Source of the DNA: Eimeria praecox
Lineage: Eukaryota
Direction: 5' to 3'
Assembly: GCA_963920595.1 (NCBI GenBank)
Contig: OY986946.1
Coordinates: forward strand, 3,906,001-3,970,000
DNA: 64,000 nucleotides
The notes below the pieces were generated by a model. The model was not told where the DNA came from. It ran no database searches and saw only the letters and a program-made list of their open reading frames with translations. The position numbers and the translations under genes were made by a program. The number at the start of each line of letters is the position of its first letter. The first letter of the stretch is position 1. This document shows positions 1 to 25,072 of the stretch, piece by piece.

Positions 1-82
1 ACAAACACAAGAATAGAGAAGACAGATAAGTCTTATCTTAGTAGAATGTGGCTCGAAAGACACAACATGTCAGCAGAGATTA

Positions 83-126
83 AACCCTAAACCCTAAACC
101 CTAAACCCTAAACCCTAAACCCTAAA
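83..126. repeat. Internal telomere-like heptamer array (TAAACCC)n in an RPT4 intron
   Basis: About six perfect copies of TAAACCC; interstitial AAACCCT arrays are a known Eimeria feature. Confidence 0.95.
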
Positions 127-238
127 TTGTAAAGGAGAGAAAGCTTCGATCCCTGAAGCCGTAGACGTTCATCCTTGAGCTGCTTGAAGCAATTTAGTAT
201 ACACCAGAGACGAATATATAATATATAAACATATAAAT

Positions 239-304
<66 letters not shown>

Positions 305-312
305 ATTTATAT

Positions 313-399
<87 letters not shown>

Positions 400-409
400 T
401 CTGTCTTAC

Positions 410-507
410 CAGAGCTACTCGAGTGCCTGCAGTGAGGAGCGATTTGTTTAACTTGGGTTTACTCCCAACTACGTAACGAGGACCACTCGATGTCTTCACT
501 ATAACTG

Positions 508-543
<36 letters not shown>

Positions 544-793
544 GATAATGCACGAGCAACAGCAACAGCCTGCGCAGCAGCATCAACACCAGCAGCAACA
601 ACAACAGCAGCAGCAGCAACAGCAGCAGCAGCAACAGCAGCAGCAGCAACAACACACATTTTTCTGAGTCGAGCTGACGCAGGACTTCGCCTATGAGCTG
701 GCCGACTCCCTGCAACGCTTTCAGATCATCTTCTGTCTTCTCGTATTTCTTTGATTGTAGTTTTGTTTCCTCTCGCACTGTACAGACACATCC

Positions 794-882
<89 letters not shown>

Positions 883-1070
883 CAGGATATACAGCAGCAG
901 CTTTCAAATGGTGCTGCTGATACTCATACGATACTTGTGCTGCTGCTGCTGCTGCTGCTGTTGCTGTTGCTGCTACTTTCTGCTGCTGCTAAGGCTGCTG
1001 TTGTTAATCTTATTTCTGCTTCTGCTTCTGCTTCTGCTGCTGCAAGTGGCGCTGCATCCCCTGCTGCTGC

Positions 1071-1114
<44 letters not shown>

Positions 1115-1263
1115 CGTATGAAGATTGTGTAAGTCTCACGTTTCTTCACTCTTGCCGCCCATTCTCTGTGTTCTTTAACTTTGGCGACGTAGGCTCTGAG
1201 GGCTCGAGCTCGCTCCTCGGATTGAGGATTAGCTGCGGCCCCAGCACTTGGCTGGTTTGTCAT
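410..1263 (-). CDS. RPT4: 26S proteasome regulatory AAA-ATPase subunit RPT4 (PSMC6/10B), 5' part; gene continues beyond the left edge
   Basis: Exons 1140-1263, 658-777 and 410-504 have GT-AG boundaries and join in frame. They give ...[72 protein letters not shown], the coiled-coil/OB region characteristic of RPT4. Confidence 0.93.
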
Positions 1264-4254
1264 ATTTAGAAAAAAGAAGAGAAGAAGGAATTGAAGGGAA
1301 GGATAATAAATAAATAATGAAGGAAGTTGTTGGTGCTGCTGTTGCTGCTGTTGCTGCTGCTGCTGCTGCTTCTTTCTCCTGGTCTCTTGTGTTTATTTAT
1401 TGCTTAAAAGAACAAAACAAATAACCAAGACCGCCACTCAGCCGCCCTGATATCACAGCCAACAAACATATCACAGGAAGAAGAGAACTGACGAGAAGAA
1501 ACAACAGCCCACACGCAACTCTCCAGAGAAGTTCGTGAGGTGTCTATACACCGCATTGACAAGCGAAGAACACACCAAATAACCCTCGTTTCAATTTGTA
1601 AGAGAGAAATCAAAACAGAATCTGAAGGTATAGACAGACTGGCCTCTAGCAGACAGCACGAAGCCTCTCTGGTTGAAGAAGGCCCATACAAATGAACTGA
1701 GTATACTCTCAATACATATTGCTGCAGGTATACACTTAAACATTCCTGTTCTATAGACACATCGTTTAATAAAATGAAGAAACCATACACAAGGTGTTTA
1801 TCTCTCAACTCTGTCAGACGCGGAGGTGGGAGGTAAGCGACAGATATTCTCCCTGACTTCGGGCTTCTCATGAACTAAAACCAAAAAATGAATCAAATAA
1901 ACTAATTATTTGCTGCAATATTTGATAAAATGAAGAAAAAATACAAAAAGAAAGCCTCGGTTCTGTTCTTGTTGTAGGCGTTTGATGGCACTCACCACAA
2001 CGCTGGCTTGTAAAGAATGGATGAATAAATCTTGAATAAAAACCGCAGATTTCTTCTAAATAATTATAATTTATTTGAAACATTCATAAATAAATGAAAT
2101 GAACAATATATAAAACAGCTCTTCAAACCCAACAAACATAAACGTAAGCATGCACGTCGGCTGCGTTGAGAGAAGCCAACAGGGGCTGGCTGGAGATGTT
2201 TCTGTATTGAATTTAGATAAATTTTAATTGAAAAATAATATTTTGAATCCTATTTGTTTTGTTAGCACTTTAATAACTCATTTAAATACATAAAGTCTAT
2301 ACAGGAAGCTATTTAGTGCCCCCTGGCTTTCAGGTTTCGTGTTTCTTTCTCCTTACGGTTGTTGTAATGGTTCTACAGATTTGGATTTAAAGATAAAATT
2401 GTTTAGTTGTATTTAAATTGATTTTATAGTATATTTTTAGATACTATGAGGAGTTTGTGTGCACATATTTAGTTCTGTTTACCTCTAATCTGCTCGGCCA
2501 GCCATTATTTTCTCTTCTGGCGTCTGTAGAACGTCATCGCCTCGAAACCATCAATTATAATTTCTTCTTTAAATGAACTATTTAATCCCATTTGAACTTA
2601 CTTTACATTGAAATTAAGAATAAAATATTCTTATTTCTTCCTCAAATATCTTTATTCTTCGTAAGAACGAAGATATAGTCGTGTTCACAAACATGTTTTC
2701 ATGGCATTTCCTTGGGTGATTTGGGCTCATTCATTCAAAATATCGTTTCATATTGCTCTTTATTCTGTTGTACTTAATTGAAGAAAAGTATTTATATTCT
2801 TTTCTCGAGTGTTTGAGAGTTGTATCCTCCCAACTTTGAGATCAAAAACAAAAATAAACAACGAGAAACACGCAAATATATTTCGTAAATTAGCAGAAAA
2901 ATGAGCAAACAAATGCGATAAATTCATGAAATCGAAGAAAATATAATACATAAATAAAAATATAAATGCAATGAGAATGCAAGTGAAAGGAATAGACAGA
3001 AGAAAACGAACAGAAGAATACAAATTATAATTTGTTTGGAGTTTTCTTCTGTAAACTAAACTATCTCAAGAAGAATATATAAAAACATATTTATTATTTT
3101 CCTCATTCCATTTTTCTTATTTTTCTGCCTTTCGCGTCAATCAACACAAATCTTCTCTTGCTATCCTTCCTTGAAATTCAAAGCAATGTATACAAGCAGC
3201 CGCATATCCTGTATTTTATTGTTTATTAAGTTATTATTTCTTTTATTATTATTATATTAGTAATTAATGGCTTAAGATTTATTACAATCTAAAGAAATTA
3301 ATCCAATTATATCAACATTTCCTCATTATTATTAGTAGTAGTATTATTATAAGAACTGATGATGTCTACGAAGATGTTGCTGGCTATACGTGTTATGATT
3401 CCTTCGCTTGCTTTTGTTGAAAGTTTTCTTATTATTTTATTTTTATTTTATTATTATTATTATTATTTTATTATTATTATTTTGCTGTCGTTTGTTTGTA
3501 GAAAACGTTTGTTGATGCGGCAGCATCAATTCGTGTTGTATATATACTTTCTGTTTTCTCTTTACTAACCCCTCACGCTAACCTTTGAACATACATTTAT
3601 ATTATTATTTGATTTTATTATATTCAAATTAAATGTGGTTTTTGTATTTAAAATAGTAGAAGGACTTCAACAGATAATAATTGATGAACAGCAGCAGAAA
3701 CCTAAGCTTCCTACTCTTTTCTGTTTTCTCTCTCTCTATCCTTCTGAAAGGCACTATAAACAAACGAAGTAAGTAGAACAAATAACATAGTTTTAATTAA
3801 TTAATTCAAATTAGCTGTTGATATTTATATATCTCCTTTAAAAATATATTTATAAATATATATATTATTATATTTATATCTACTCTCCCACTCGCGCCAT
3901 CTTAAGAAACAAACTCAGAGAACAAGTCAGAATAGGAGGCTCTTTCTTCTTTTTAGTTTTTGTTTGTCTTCTCTACTTCTCTGTATTTCTTTATTGAGAT
4001 TCTTCTTCTTTAGTACAGACAGATCAGATTATTTATTTATATTTATTTGATTTAGTATTACCTGAATTTGTTAACAAGACTCAAAACCCTCAAAGCTGCA
4101 GTAGACGCAAACAGCCTGCCTCTGCTTTCGTTTCTATTTTAATTATCTTTCTTGATGTTTATGAAGTTAGCTTGTACGTTAGAAGAAGATACAATTACAT
4201 GTTGTATTTACTGAAACAACAACAAAAAAATAAAAACTAGTTGAAACAAATCTG

Positions 4255-4542
4255 CTGCTAGCTTTCGTTCTATTTGGCTAGCTACGAGCTAGCTAGGGGA
4301 TAGCTAGCTAGCGAGCTTTCCAGCTAGCTAGTCGGATAGATACAATATTCATATTCACCTAGCTAGCTAGCCAGCTAGCTATCTAGCTAGCTAGCTAGCT
4401 GTCTGGTTAGCTAGCTAGCTATCAGCTAGCTAGCTGTCCAGCTAGCTAGTCGGATAGATACAATATTCATATTCACCTAGCTAGCTAGCCAGCTAGCTAT
4501 CTAGCTGGCTAGCTAGCTGTTCTGCTAGCTAGTAGCTAGCTA
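4255..4542. repeat. (TAGC)n palindromic tetranucleotide island containing a 118-bp-period direct duplication
   Basis: Dense GCTAGCTAGC runs; the block GTCGGATAGATACAATATTCATATTCACC occurs at 4331 and again at 4449. Confidence 0.9.
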
Positions 4543-5884
4543 ATACACATGTAAGAGGTTTTCCTTATTAGTGCAACCATAGCTAAAACAGCCAGGCACC
4601 TCCTTGAAAACCCCTTCTTGTTTGTTTTATTTTGTTTTGTTTTATTTAATTTTGTTTAATTTTGTTTTGCTTTATTTTGTTTTGTGTTGTTCTCTGTGAC
4701 AACTAAGATGAAGCAGCAGGACAGTCAACACAATTTATGCTGCTTGTAGTTTTTCTTTGTTTTTCTTTTTCTTTTTCTTCTTTTATATTGATTTTAAGTT
4801 TTTCTCTACTAGAAAAGATACGCAATAGATATCTCTGTTTATCTTCTATATCAAATATATATATTTTATATATTGAGGATTACAGGTCCATAGAAAGATA
4901 AATGACAAGTATACAGCCTGTCTGTCTTTTCTATAATATATATTTGGGTTTGAAGGGCTAGATTATCAATACTGGGGATGGATGAGGCTAAAGAATAAAG
5001 AAACAGAGGGGGAATTGCGTATTCTCCTATCAGTGAGTGACCTTCGTTATTTATACTTGTGCTGCGGACCCCGGCTGCTGCTGCCGCACGAGAAAGAAGT
5101 GGCATTATTGTATTATATTAAGAAAAATTAGAAGAATTTTCGAGTTCAAATTGCTTTAAACGAGCTGCTGAGAGCATGAAAGACGGGACGGAAGGGAAGG
5201 GATATTACGAGAAAAGACAGATTATGGGGGTGACAACAAGCTATTTTTGTCTACAAATCAAAGATGTTTGTGTAAATTATATTTTATTTTATTTTATTAA
5301 AAACGTATCTGCAAATTAAAAGGTGGAGTCATCCATTGCACTTAACTAACGTTTTCTTGAATTTAGTTTCCCTTATTAACACCAGAGAGGCAAAACCAGA
5401 ATCGTCGATTGCAGCCTCCTCGAAGAACAACAGGAAGTATGATATATAGATAAGCAATAAATTTAGGTTAATTGTGTTTCTCTGCATTTGAGTATAGTTT
5501 AAAATGTGGATAGATCATATATTTCATGTTTCCGCTGAACACGACAAACCACTGGTCCGGTGTACATACACCCCGAGGTCTTGTGTTGTGCTTGGCTTCA
5601 CTTCATCGCATCATTGCGCCTCTGACCTTCCTGCTTCCTTTTAGGTTTGGTTTTTCTTCTTTTAAAGGCATTATTTATGTTTTTAGGTGCATTATTGGCT
5701 TAGTGAAATCAACATATTTTCAGAATAGTATCTAGGTGTTCGACTCGAGACAACATCCGTCTTGTTAAGCCGTCCTTGAGCAGTGCGCCGGTGGCGGCGG
5801 CTGCCTCTGTCGAACATTTGTGTAAGACAAAGAAGTATGAGCAATATTTTGTATTATTAAAGGCCTAATAAGGGCAATAAAGTC

Positions 5885-17452
<11,568 letters not shown>

Positions 17453-17531
17453 AGAAGAAAATATAAAGAAATACAGAAAAAACTGTATATATATGTATAA
17501 ATATCTATATCTATATCTATATCTATATCTA

Positions 17532-17611
<80 letters not shown>

Positions 17612-17765
17612 TTATCAACATAACACATTCTTATCGACAAAACAAGAAAAAGAAGATAGATGGACTCGCTCATTAAGGATATTGCTTCTTGTTTATGTTT
17701 ATTGTGTTGTGTTTATTGAGGAGAAAACATTTGTAAACAAATACAAATAATAATAATAATAATAA

Positions 17766-17805
<40 letters not shown>

Positions 17806-18559
17806 AATGTACAAGTTTATAAGGAAGCAGAAGATGTCGGCGGGATGCAGGCAGCAGCAAGACATCAACTAAAATCCTTGAAGAGATAACCGAAGCAAGA
17901 ACTACTTGAGAAAATAAATAAAATAATAATTTAAAATATTATAATAATAAATACAAGAACAAATATATTGAGGGTTTAGTCGACGCTAAAACAAGCTGTC
18001 TATACACCTCATATTTGAATATGTTTACTGTAAATTTGAATTTTATTTTTCTTGACATTCTTTGTCAATAATTTAATTATATATATTAAATAAAATTATA
18101 TTTAAATATATTTAAACACAAATATTTGTTTAAACAGAAGTACATAATCCTGCGTGTATGTTTGAAATATTTCGTGAAAATATCTAAAATTTGAAACTCA
18201 ATTTATTTTTTTTTATAATATTTTATTTTACTTGCATATTTTATTTTGTTTATTTTATATCTTTGTCTGTACACTCTATTTAGTTTCTGTTGATTCTCCG
18301 CTTTTTGCGGTGTATCCGCACATATCATACAGATTTACAAGTTCTTACAGAACCAAAACAAAGAAAAATGCTATTAAAACGAGTCCTTCCTGCTGCTGCT
18401 GCTGCAGCAGCAGCAGCAACTGCTGCAGCTGCTGCTGCTGCAACAGCAGCAGCAGCAGCAGGTGTTGCTGTTGTTTGTGTGAATCTCAGGCGCCGTGTGT
18501 TGTATGTATTTGAAAGCACAAGCAAGGGTTAGCTTAGGCGTTAAAATAATTATATAGCC

Positions 18560-19142
18560 TCAAGAATATGTTGTTAAGGCGTGTCTGTTCCCTTCCGCTA
18601 GAGAAGCAGCAGCAGCAGCAGCAGCACCAGCAGCAGCAGCAGCAGCCAAATCTTGTTTTTGTTTTCTTTCTCTATTCAATATCATCTCAATTTCTGTTTC
18701 TGTTAATAACAAAGAAGAGCTGCATGCATCGTTTGAGCCTGCCAGCCCCACTCCTCCTCTCTGTTGTATTATTGGCGTACACTTAAGTGTTGCTGAAGCT
18801 ACAATTTCATCGAAGAAGCCATCAACAACAGACGCATCTTCGGGCTGTACATACACCCGAACAGCAGCAGCAGCAGCAGCACAATCTAGCTGCAGCTGCT
18901 GCAGTTGCTGCAAGCTGAAGCTGCAGCAGCCTCTCACAAATTCTAATACTGCTCTTGCCACGATACGAAATACTCCTATACACACCTTCTTCTTATTAAA
19001 TGATATTGTAATATAAACATGTTGCTTCCTCGCAAACAGCCTCTCCATCTCTATTTCTATTGGCGTACGGCGGCTCCCCACAGGCCGGCCTAGACGGCGG
19101 TGCTGCAGCTGCTGCTGCTGCTGCTGCTGCTGCTGGAGCTGC

Positions 19143-19177
<35 letters not shown>

Positions 19178-19278
19178 TTGCTGCAAGTGGTGCTGTTGCT
19201 GCTGCTGTTGAAGAGATTGACTCATAGAAGAACCCTGAGACACAGACACACCTGCTGCTCCTGCTCCTGCTGCTGCTC

Positions 19279-19312
<34 letters not shown>

Positions 19313-19428
19313 TGCTGCAGCAGCAACCTTCGGGGCTTCATCCATAAGGACAGACAACTCCTCGTTGCAGCCACTGAGAGTCTTGAGGAGAGGATAGAAG
19401 CATTTAGAAGTGCCTCTGGGCTTCGTGC

Positions 19429-19481
<53 letters not shown>

Positions 19482-19773
19482 TTGCTGCTGCTGTTGCAGC
19501 CCTCCTCTGTTGGTTGTGTCTTGCTGTTGAGCTGCTGCAGATGATAGGTAGCTAAGCTACTTACTGTAGCAGCAACACAATCCTGTCCTCTGCAGAAGAC
19601 GAAGGAAGTCATAAGACTTTGAACGGCAACTCGAAGACGCCCCACAGCAGACAGCCGTCGAGCAGCAGCAGGAGCAGCAGCAGCAGCAGCTGCTGCTGCT
19701 CCTGCTCCTGCTCCTGCTGCTGCTGCAACTGTCTGCTCGGAGTGAAGAGAAGCTGCCGAACTGCCGCTACTGC

Positions 19774-19804
<31 letters not shown>

Positions 19805-20145
19805 GCTGCTACCTAGCCACCCAGGTTTAAGACAAGGGAATAGCTCTGAGCCTACTGCCTCCAGCTTAAGAAGACCTACTTGCTGTAGAGACCGCCCTAT
19901 GTGTGCATACACCAGAAGCAAGACAGGCAGCAGCGGAGCTGCTGCAGCAGCAGCAGCAGACTCTTCTGCTGCTGCAGCAGTAGAGCCTTCTGCTGCAGCA
20001 GCAGCAGAATCTTCTCTCCGTGCTAAAGATGCACCTAAAGCCGCCTCTACCTGCGCATACACCGCAAGTACATCCACAAAAACAAGATAGTAAAGACACT
20101 ACACTATAAACACACTTCTATTACTATGACCACCCAAGATGCTGC

Positions 20146-20180
<35 letters not shown>

Positions 20181-20181
20181 T

Positions 20182-20212
<31 letters not shown>

Positions 20213-20220
20213 CCTGCTGT

Positions 20221-20251
<31 letters not shown>

Positions 20252-20691
20252 TTTCCGTGCCGCATACCTGCATCTTCAGCCACAGCTCCTCTTGCTGCTG
20301 CTGCTGCTGGTGCTGCTGCTGCTGCTGCTGGTTTTGTGGGGTTGCTTCCCCCAGGGCGTCTCTGAGTACTTCTTCTGCTCCGGTGAAGGCCGCCGGTGTA
20401 TGTTGAGTGAGCCTCACGACTCTTCTTACAAATAAATCAAACAGTCCCTCTACCCACGGAATGATATGCTGTCGTACAAGGGATTCGTGTGCTGCTGCTG
20501 CTGCTGCTGCTGGTGCTGCTGCTGCACCTGCTGCTGTTGCTGCTGCTGCTGCTGCTCCTTGAAGCAGCTGCTGGGCATCTGTCAACGCCACACAACCCTC
20601 CACGACTATCGATTGCGCCGCTAAATGCTGCTGAGAGAGAAGAGCTGATATCTCTTGAGCCGTCCACATATCAGACAGACCATCCTCTTCA

Positions 20692-20729
<38 letters not shown>

Positions 20730-21515
20730 CTGTTTCTGCCGTTGGTGGTGCTGGTTTATTGCTGCTGCTGCTGCGTCTAACAGCTCTTGATTGACTGCTG
20801 CATATGCTCGTTTAAAGGAGAGAGCAACAGCCTCTAGAATAACTTTTCTTTGAGAGGCCTGAGCTGTCTTAGCTGCTTGCTGCTGCAGCTGCTGCTGCTG
20901 CTGCTGCTGCAGCGGCAAGGCTGTCTCAAAGCAGCGAGCAAATGCTGCAGCAACAGCAGCAGTACAGCGTACTGCTGCTGCTGCTGTAGGAACATCCGAA
21001 GCCATCAAAGCAGACAGAGGAGAGAAAGCTGCTTCTATCAAACAACACATAAATGTAGATAGAATACGAAGGCCCTCAGCATCAATCCCCAAGTCTGTCC
21101 TCTCAGCTGTATCGACAGCTAAACGAAGACGTTGTAGTTTTTCTGTTTCTGTTTCTTCAACATATTTTTTAGATATATTCTTTTTCTTGTTTTTTTCTGA
21201 TTCAATAACAAATATATATTTTAAAATAAACACAACATCTTTCATCGCCTCACTAACAACCTCCACATACACCGAAGACACGCGAGTGCAGGCCGCCTCC
21301 AACGCCAAGTCCGCTGTCTTCACCCTACCCTTCTTTACTGCTGCAGCAGCAGGAGCAGCAGCAGCAGCAGCAGCAGCAGGAGCAGCAGCAGCAGCAGGAG
21401 CAGCAGCAGCAGCAGACGACGACGACGAAGACGAAGAAGAAGATACCTCACAAGCCTCTCCTTCCCTCTCTTCTCCCGGAGCAGCAGGTCCTGCACCAGC
21501 ATCCGAAGCAGCAGG

Positions 21516-21546
<31 letters not shown>

Positions 21547-21702
21547 ACAGCAGCAGCAGGTTCTTCTCTAGCGAAGCAGCGTTCTAGTATAACAAATGCT
21601 GCATGCCTGCGGCCTCTCTGAAACAGCCGCAGCAGCTCGTGAGGGTCTTGACCTGTCTTCAGCAGCAACCGTAATATCCTCGAGGCATCTCTAGCATTCA
21701 AC

Positions 21703-21744
<42 letters not shown>

Positions 21745-22847
21745 AGCACATCGACATGAGGCGCATCGAGCTGCTGTTTGAGGAGGTGAACGGCATAAGC
21801 AGCAATTGCCTCCGCATCAATTTTAAGTTGTTTAATTCTTTGTAAATGTGGAGCCTTAACTTGTTGTTCTTGAAGAAATAAACGAACGTGTTCATACACC
21901 TGAAGAGCTGTCTCGGGTTTGTTTTCTGTAATATGATGTTGTAGTAATTGAGGGAGGAAGGAGAGAAGCTGAAGTTGTTGTAGTAATTTACGGAAGGCCA
22001 CAAGTTCTTCTATTCCTGCTGCTCTTGCATGCACTGAATACATAAGCTTTTTGCTGCTGTTTTCTATAAAAGATATTTGTGTTGCTAATGTTTGAAGCTT
22101 ACCTTCTACTGTATTTATTATTTGACGTGTTCCTGTCACAGTTTCTGTAGCTTGTAGAAATTTATTATAATTTTCATATACTAAAGTATGAATATCTCTC
22201 TCTAATATTTTAACTTCACTCTCTAATTCATTTGTTAGCCGCAATAATTGTTGTAGAGAACATTTCTCTACAGCAGCAGAGAAGAAGGCATGCATATCAA
22301 AGGAAGGAGAATCTAAATCTAAGGAGGCTGATGCTACACAGGGGCCCCCAGAAGAAGATAAAGAAGAACCTGGGGGCCCCCCACTTACAACTGCTGAAAC
22401 AGACTGAGGAATTGATGATATGTCGTTCAGAAATTGCAAAGCACTCTTCAAGGCACCCCCTGCAGTACTCCCTCCTGTAGATACACCCGAAGATGTTGTC
22501 GTCTTCTTCCCATCTCCATCTTCTCCAGTAGATGAAGCCTTCTCTTGACCCGAAGAATGCTGATTTTGCTGCTGCTGCTGCTGCTGCTGCCGTTCTTGCT
22601 GCTGTTGCTGTTGCTGTTGCTGCTGCGGTTGATGCGACTCCGTTTCTCTCTTGTCTGTCGTGTTAGGTGCTGCTGTTGGGGCTGTATCGAGTTCAGAAGA
22701 CTCTTCCAGACTATAATAAGCATTCAACATCTGCTGTACTCTGCTGAGAGGCTTCCCAGGTGCACTGCGTGCAGTCGGTACAGCCGCAGGCGATTGAAGG
22801 GGGGCCCCTGGGGGCCCCGTGCCCTCTTGGGGTGTATTCGAGTTCAT
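18560..22847 (-). CDS. VPS51: Vacuolar protein sorting-associated protein 51 (GARP/EARP tethering complex subunit)
   Basis: N-terminal Vps51-domain motif DLDSPSFD...ELESEVKILERDIHTLVYENYNKFLQATETV; C-terminal EMERLFARK...RAVLEFVR...FSLQQLQQLQLDC...FFDEIVASA. Exons 20268-22847 and 18560-20050 are joined by a phase-0 GT-AG intron at 20051-20267. Confidence 0.85.
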
Positions 22848-24158
22848 ATTGATGCTTGTCTGGTGTTTTATAGCCGCATTTGACTCACTTTTTGTTCAAA
22901 ATGATAATTTTTTTGCAGGTTTCTCGACGGAAACCCCTGGGCAGTCGCCACGGGTTTCGCAGGGGAAAGGGGGGTGTGAACGGCAGTACTAAAGCTGAGA
23001 CCGCATTTGAAGTGGGAGGAGAAGAGAGAAAATATGCAAAGGAATACATAAAAATTGAATTTTAATACATGAAGTCGAAGAAAGCGAATGAAGTTGAAGA
23101 ATAAGAACAAGGCATAGCCAAGCGAGTAGCTGGGGCTGTATGACACTGCGTGCAAAACACAGAAAGATCGGAAGAGCGAAATAATATTGATTTCATAAAT
23201 AATTTTGTTTATTTAATCAGATAAATCATGTCTTTTATTTCATAAACCATTTATCCTCCCGCTTCCCCCCCTTCTAGCGGAGGCGGCTTCTTGTCATGGT
23301 GACGAGACGCTATCATATACGCAATATAAACAAGAACGGAAACCTCAAATCCATTATCTGTCTAAAAGCCTTTTTCAATATCATTTCATGATGAATTTAT
23401 AATGTTTAAAGACAAAACTTACCACATAAACCCCGAATGCGTGGGAATCTGTAAAGTAAGCAACGGAACACGAGTCCTTTGTGTGTGTCTACAGCCGACA
23501 TGAGTCGCAAAGATAAACAAATACAATAAAATACAATAAAACTCTATCCTCATACTCCTAATTAAACGATACATATAAAATTTGAATTTCTTATACCGTA
23601 TGATCACATCTGGGGGTCCTGTACTCATCATCGACCGAAAAACTAGAAAGCTGAAAATTCAAATAAAGACAGATTCTGTTGCGAGCTGCAACATCACAAC
23701 TTGCTGCAACTTCTTCTGCTACATGGAAACAACAAAATCCAGCAAAATACCTACGACATTGTTGGGTGCATGCAACAACACTGTTGATAACTCATTAACA
23801 ATTCCTTAGCCCCAGCAGCCACAAAACTAGGACATACAATGATGCTACAGAATAAAGATGCAGATCCTCTGTACAGGGCTTTAAAAGATATATCTCATAC
23901 AGAAGTATTTGAAGCCGTTTTTCATTGTTCTCTTCAGTAGGAGAAGAGCAATTGAGAGGATACGAGTAGAATGAGCAGCTAGTGTATGCGCTGATGCTCG
24001 TATATGCCTACACCTTCACTCAATTGCTTTTCTTTGAAGCTCATGAGTTCTTTTAAAGCTAAAATACACAGATAATTCAAATCCTAGAAGTATCTGAACA
24101 GCAAATTCCTATCAGGTGTCTGGTTCTATACAAACAGAGAGAAGAACTGCTACGCCAC

Positions 24159-24230
24159 GGCTGTTTAGTCTAGGGGTATGATTCTCGCTTCGGGTGCGAG
24201 AGGTCCCGGGTTCGAATCCCGGAACAGCCC
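24159..24230 (+). tRNA. tRNA-Pro(CGG): tRNA-Pro, anticodon CGG, intronless
   Basis: GGCTGTT/AACAGCC acceptor stem, D-arm region GTCTAGGGGTATGATT, anticodon loop TTCGGGT, T arm CCGGG-TTCGAAT-CCCGG. Matches the canonical eukaryotic tRNA-Pro pattern; a T4 run lies at 24268-24271. Confidence 0.97.
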
Positions 24231-24953
24231 GTTTGAAGTTTACTTGTGTTCTGAATCCCATTGCACCTTTTGGAAACAGGAGAAGAAATTGAATTATTCA
24301 AGGAAGACTATTTAAAAAAAGAAAATCGAAAGCGAGAAAAATAGCTGTAGCAACTCTGCCGCTGCTCCGGGTGGTGTTAACAGGACGGAGCCTGCATGCA
24401 GGTATTTTTGAAGAAAATGAGTAAAATAGATAAATGAATGGTGTTTTTAAATCTAATATATGTGGAGTGGAGAAGGATTAAAATAATAAAAACATTCCTT
24501 CAGTTCATCATGAGGAAGCAAACATTATCGCCGCCGACCATAGCTGGGGCTGAAGAAAGCGAAAGCTAGTCTACCGTCTGTCAATACCCCAAAGTCAGTT
24601 AAAATAAAATAATATTTGTTGTGACGCTCATAAAATTGATTTTTTTTCATCCTTCTTTCTCTTGAGCTGATGAAGCTGAAGCCATTCTGTAGCGGGGGAA
24701 GCACGATGAGATTAGGCTAATACCTGCTTGTGTACAGTTGAGTGTTCAGGGTACTTCACAGATTTCTTTAGGGTATTCTCTGATACTCTTCTCGAAGAAA
24801 AGAATAACAATTAGTCTTTTGGTGTTCTTATTGGGGTGTCACTACATCGCTGCGGGTTCTTTCGTGCAGTGAACCGGCGGCCTTGGCTGGACGTAGGTTG
24901 TAGCATTCATTGTATTTATTTGTTATTTGTCTTCGCACTTTCTCTTTACTAAA

Positions 24954-25041
24954 ATGAGTAATTCTGATGATGAAGGAGTTCGTACAGAGCGGAGCAGCCC
25001 GTCGAGGGTGCTGAGAACGCCGTCCTCTCAAGTAGACAACA

Positions 25042-25072
<31 letters not shown>

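Noticed and set aside
83..126. Chromosome end
   Set aside because: Short array inside an intron of a housekeeping gene, so interstitial.
194..907. 237-aa ORF as a single-exon membrane protein
   Set aside because: It is two RPT4 exons read through (TA)n and CTG introns.
1404..2083. 155-aa and 71-aa minus-strand ORFs upstream of RPT4
   Set aside because: No recognisable motifs or splice support; probably 5' UTR or promoter.
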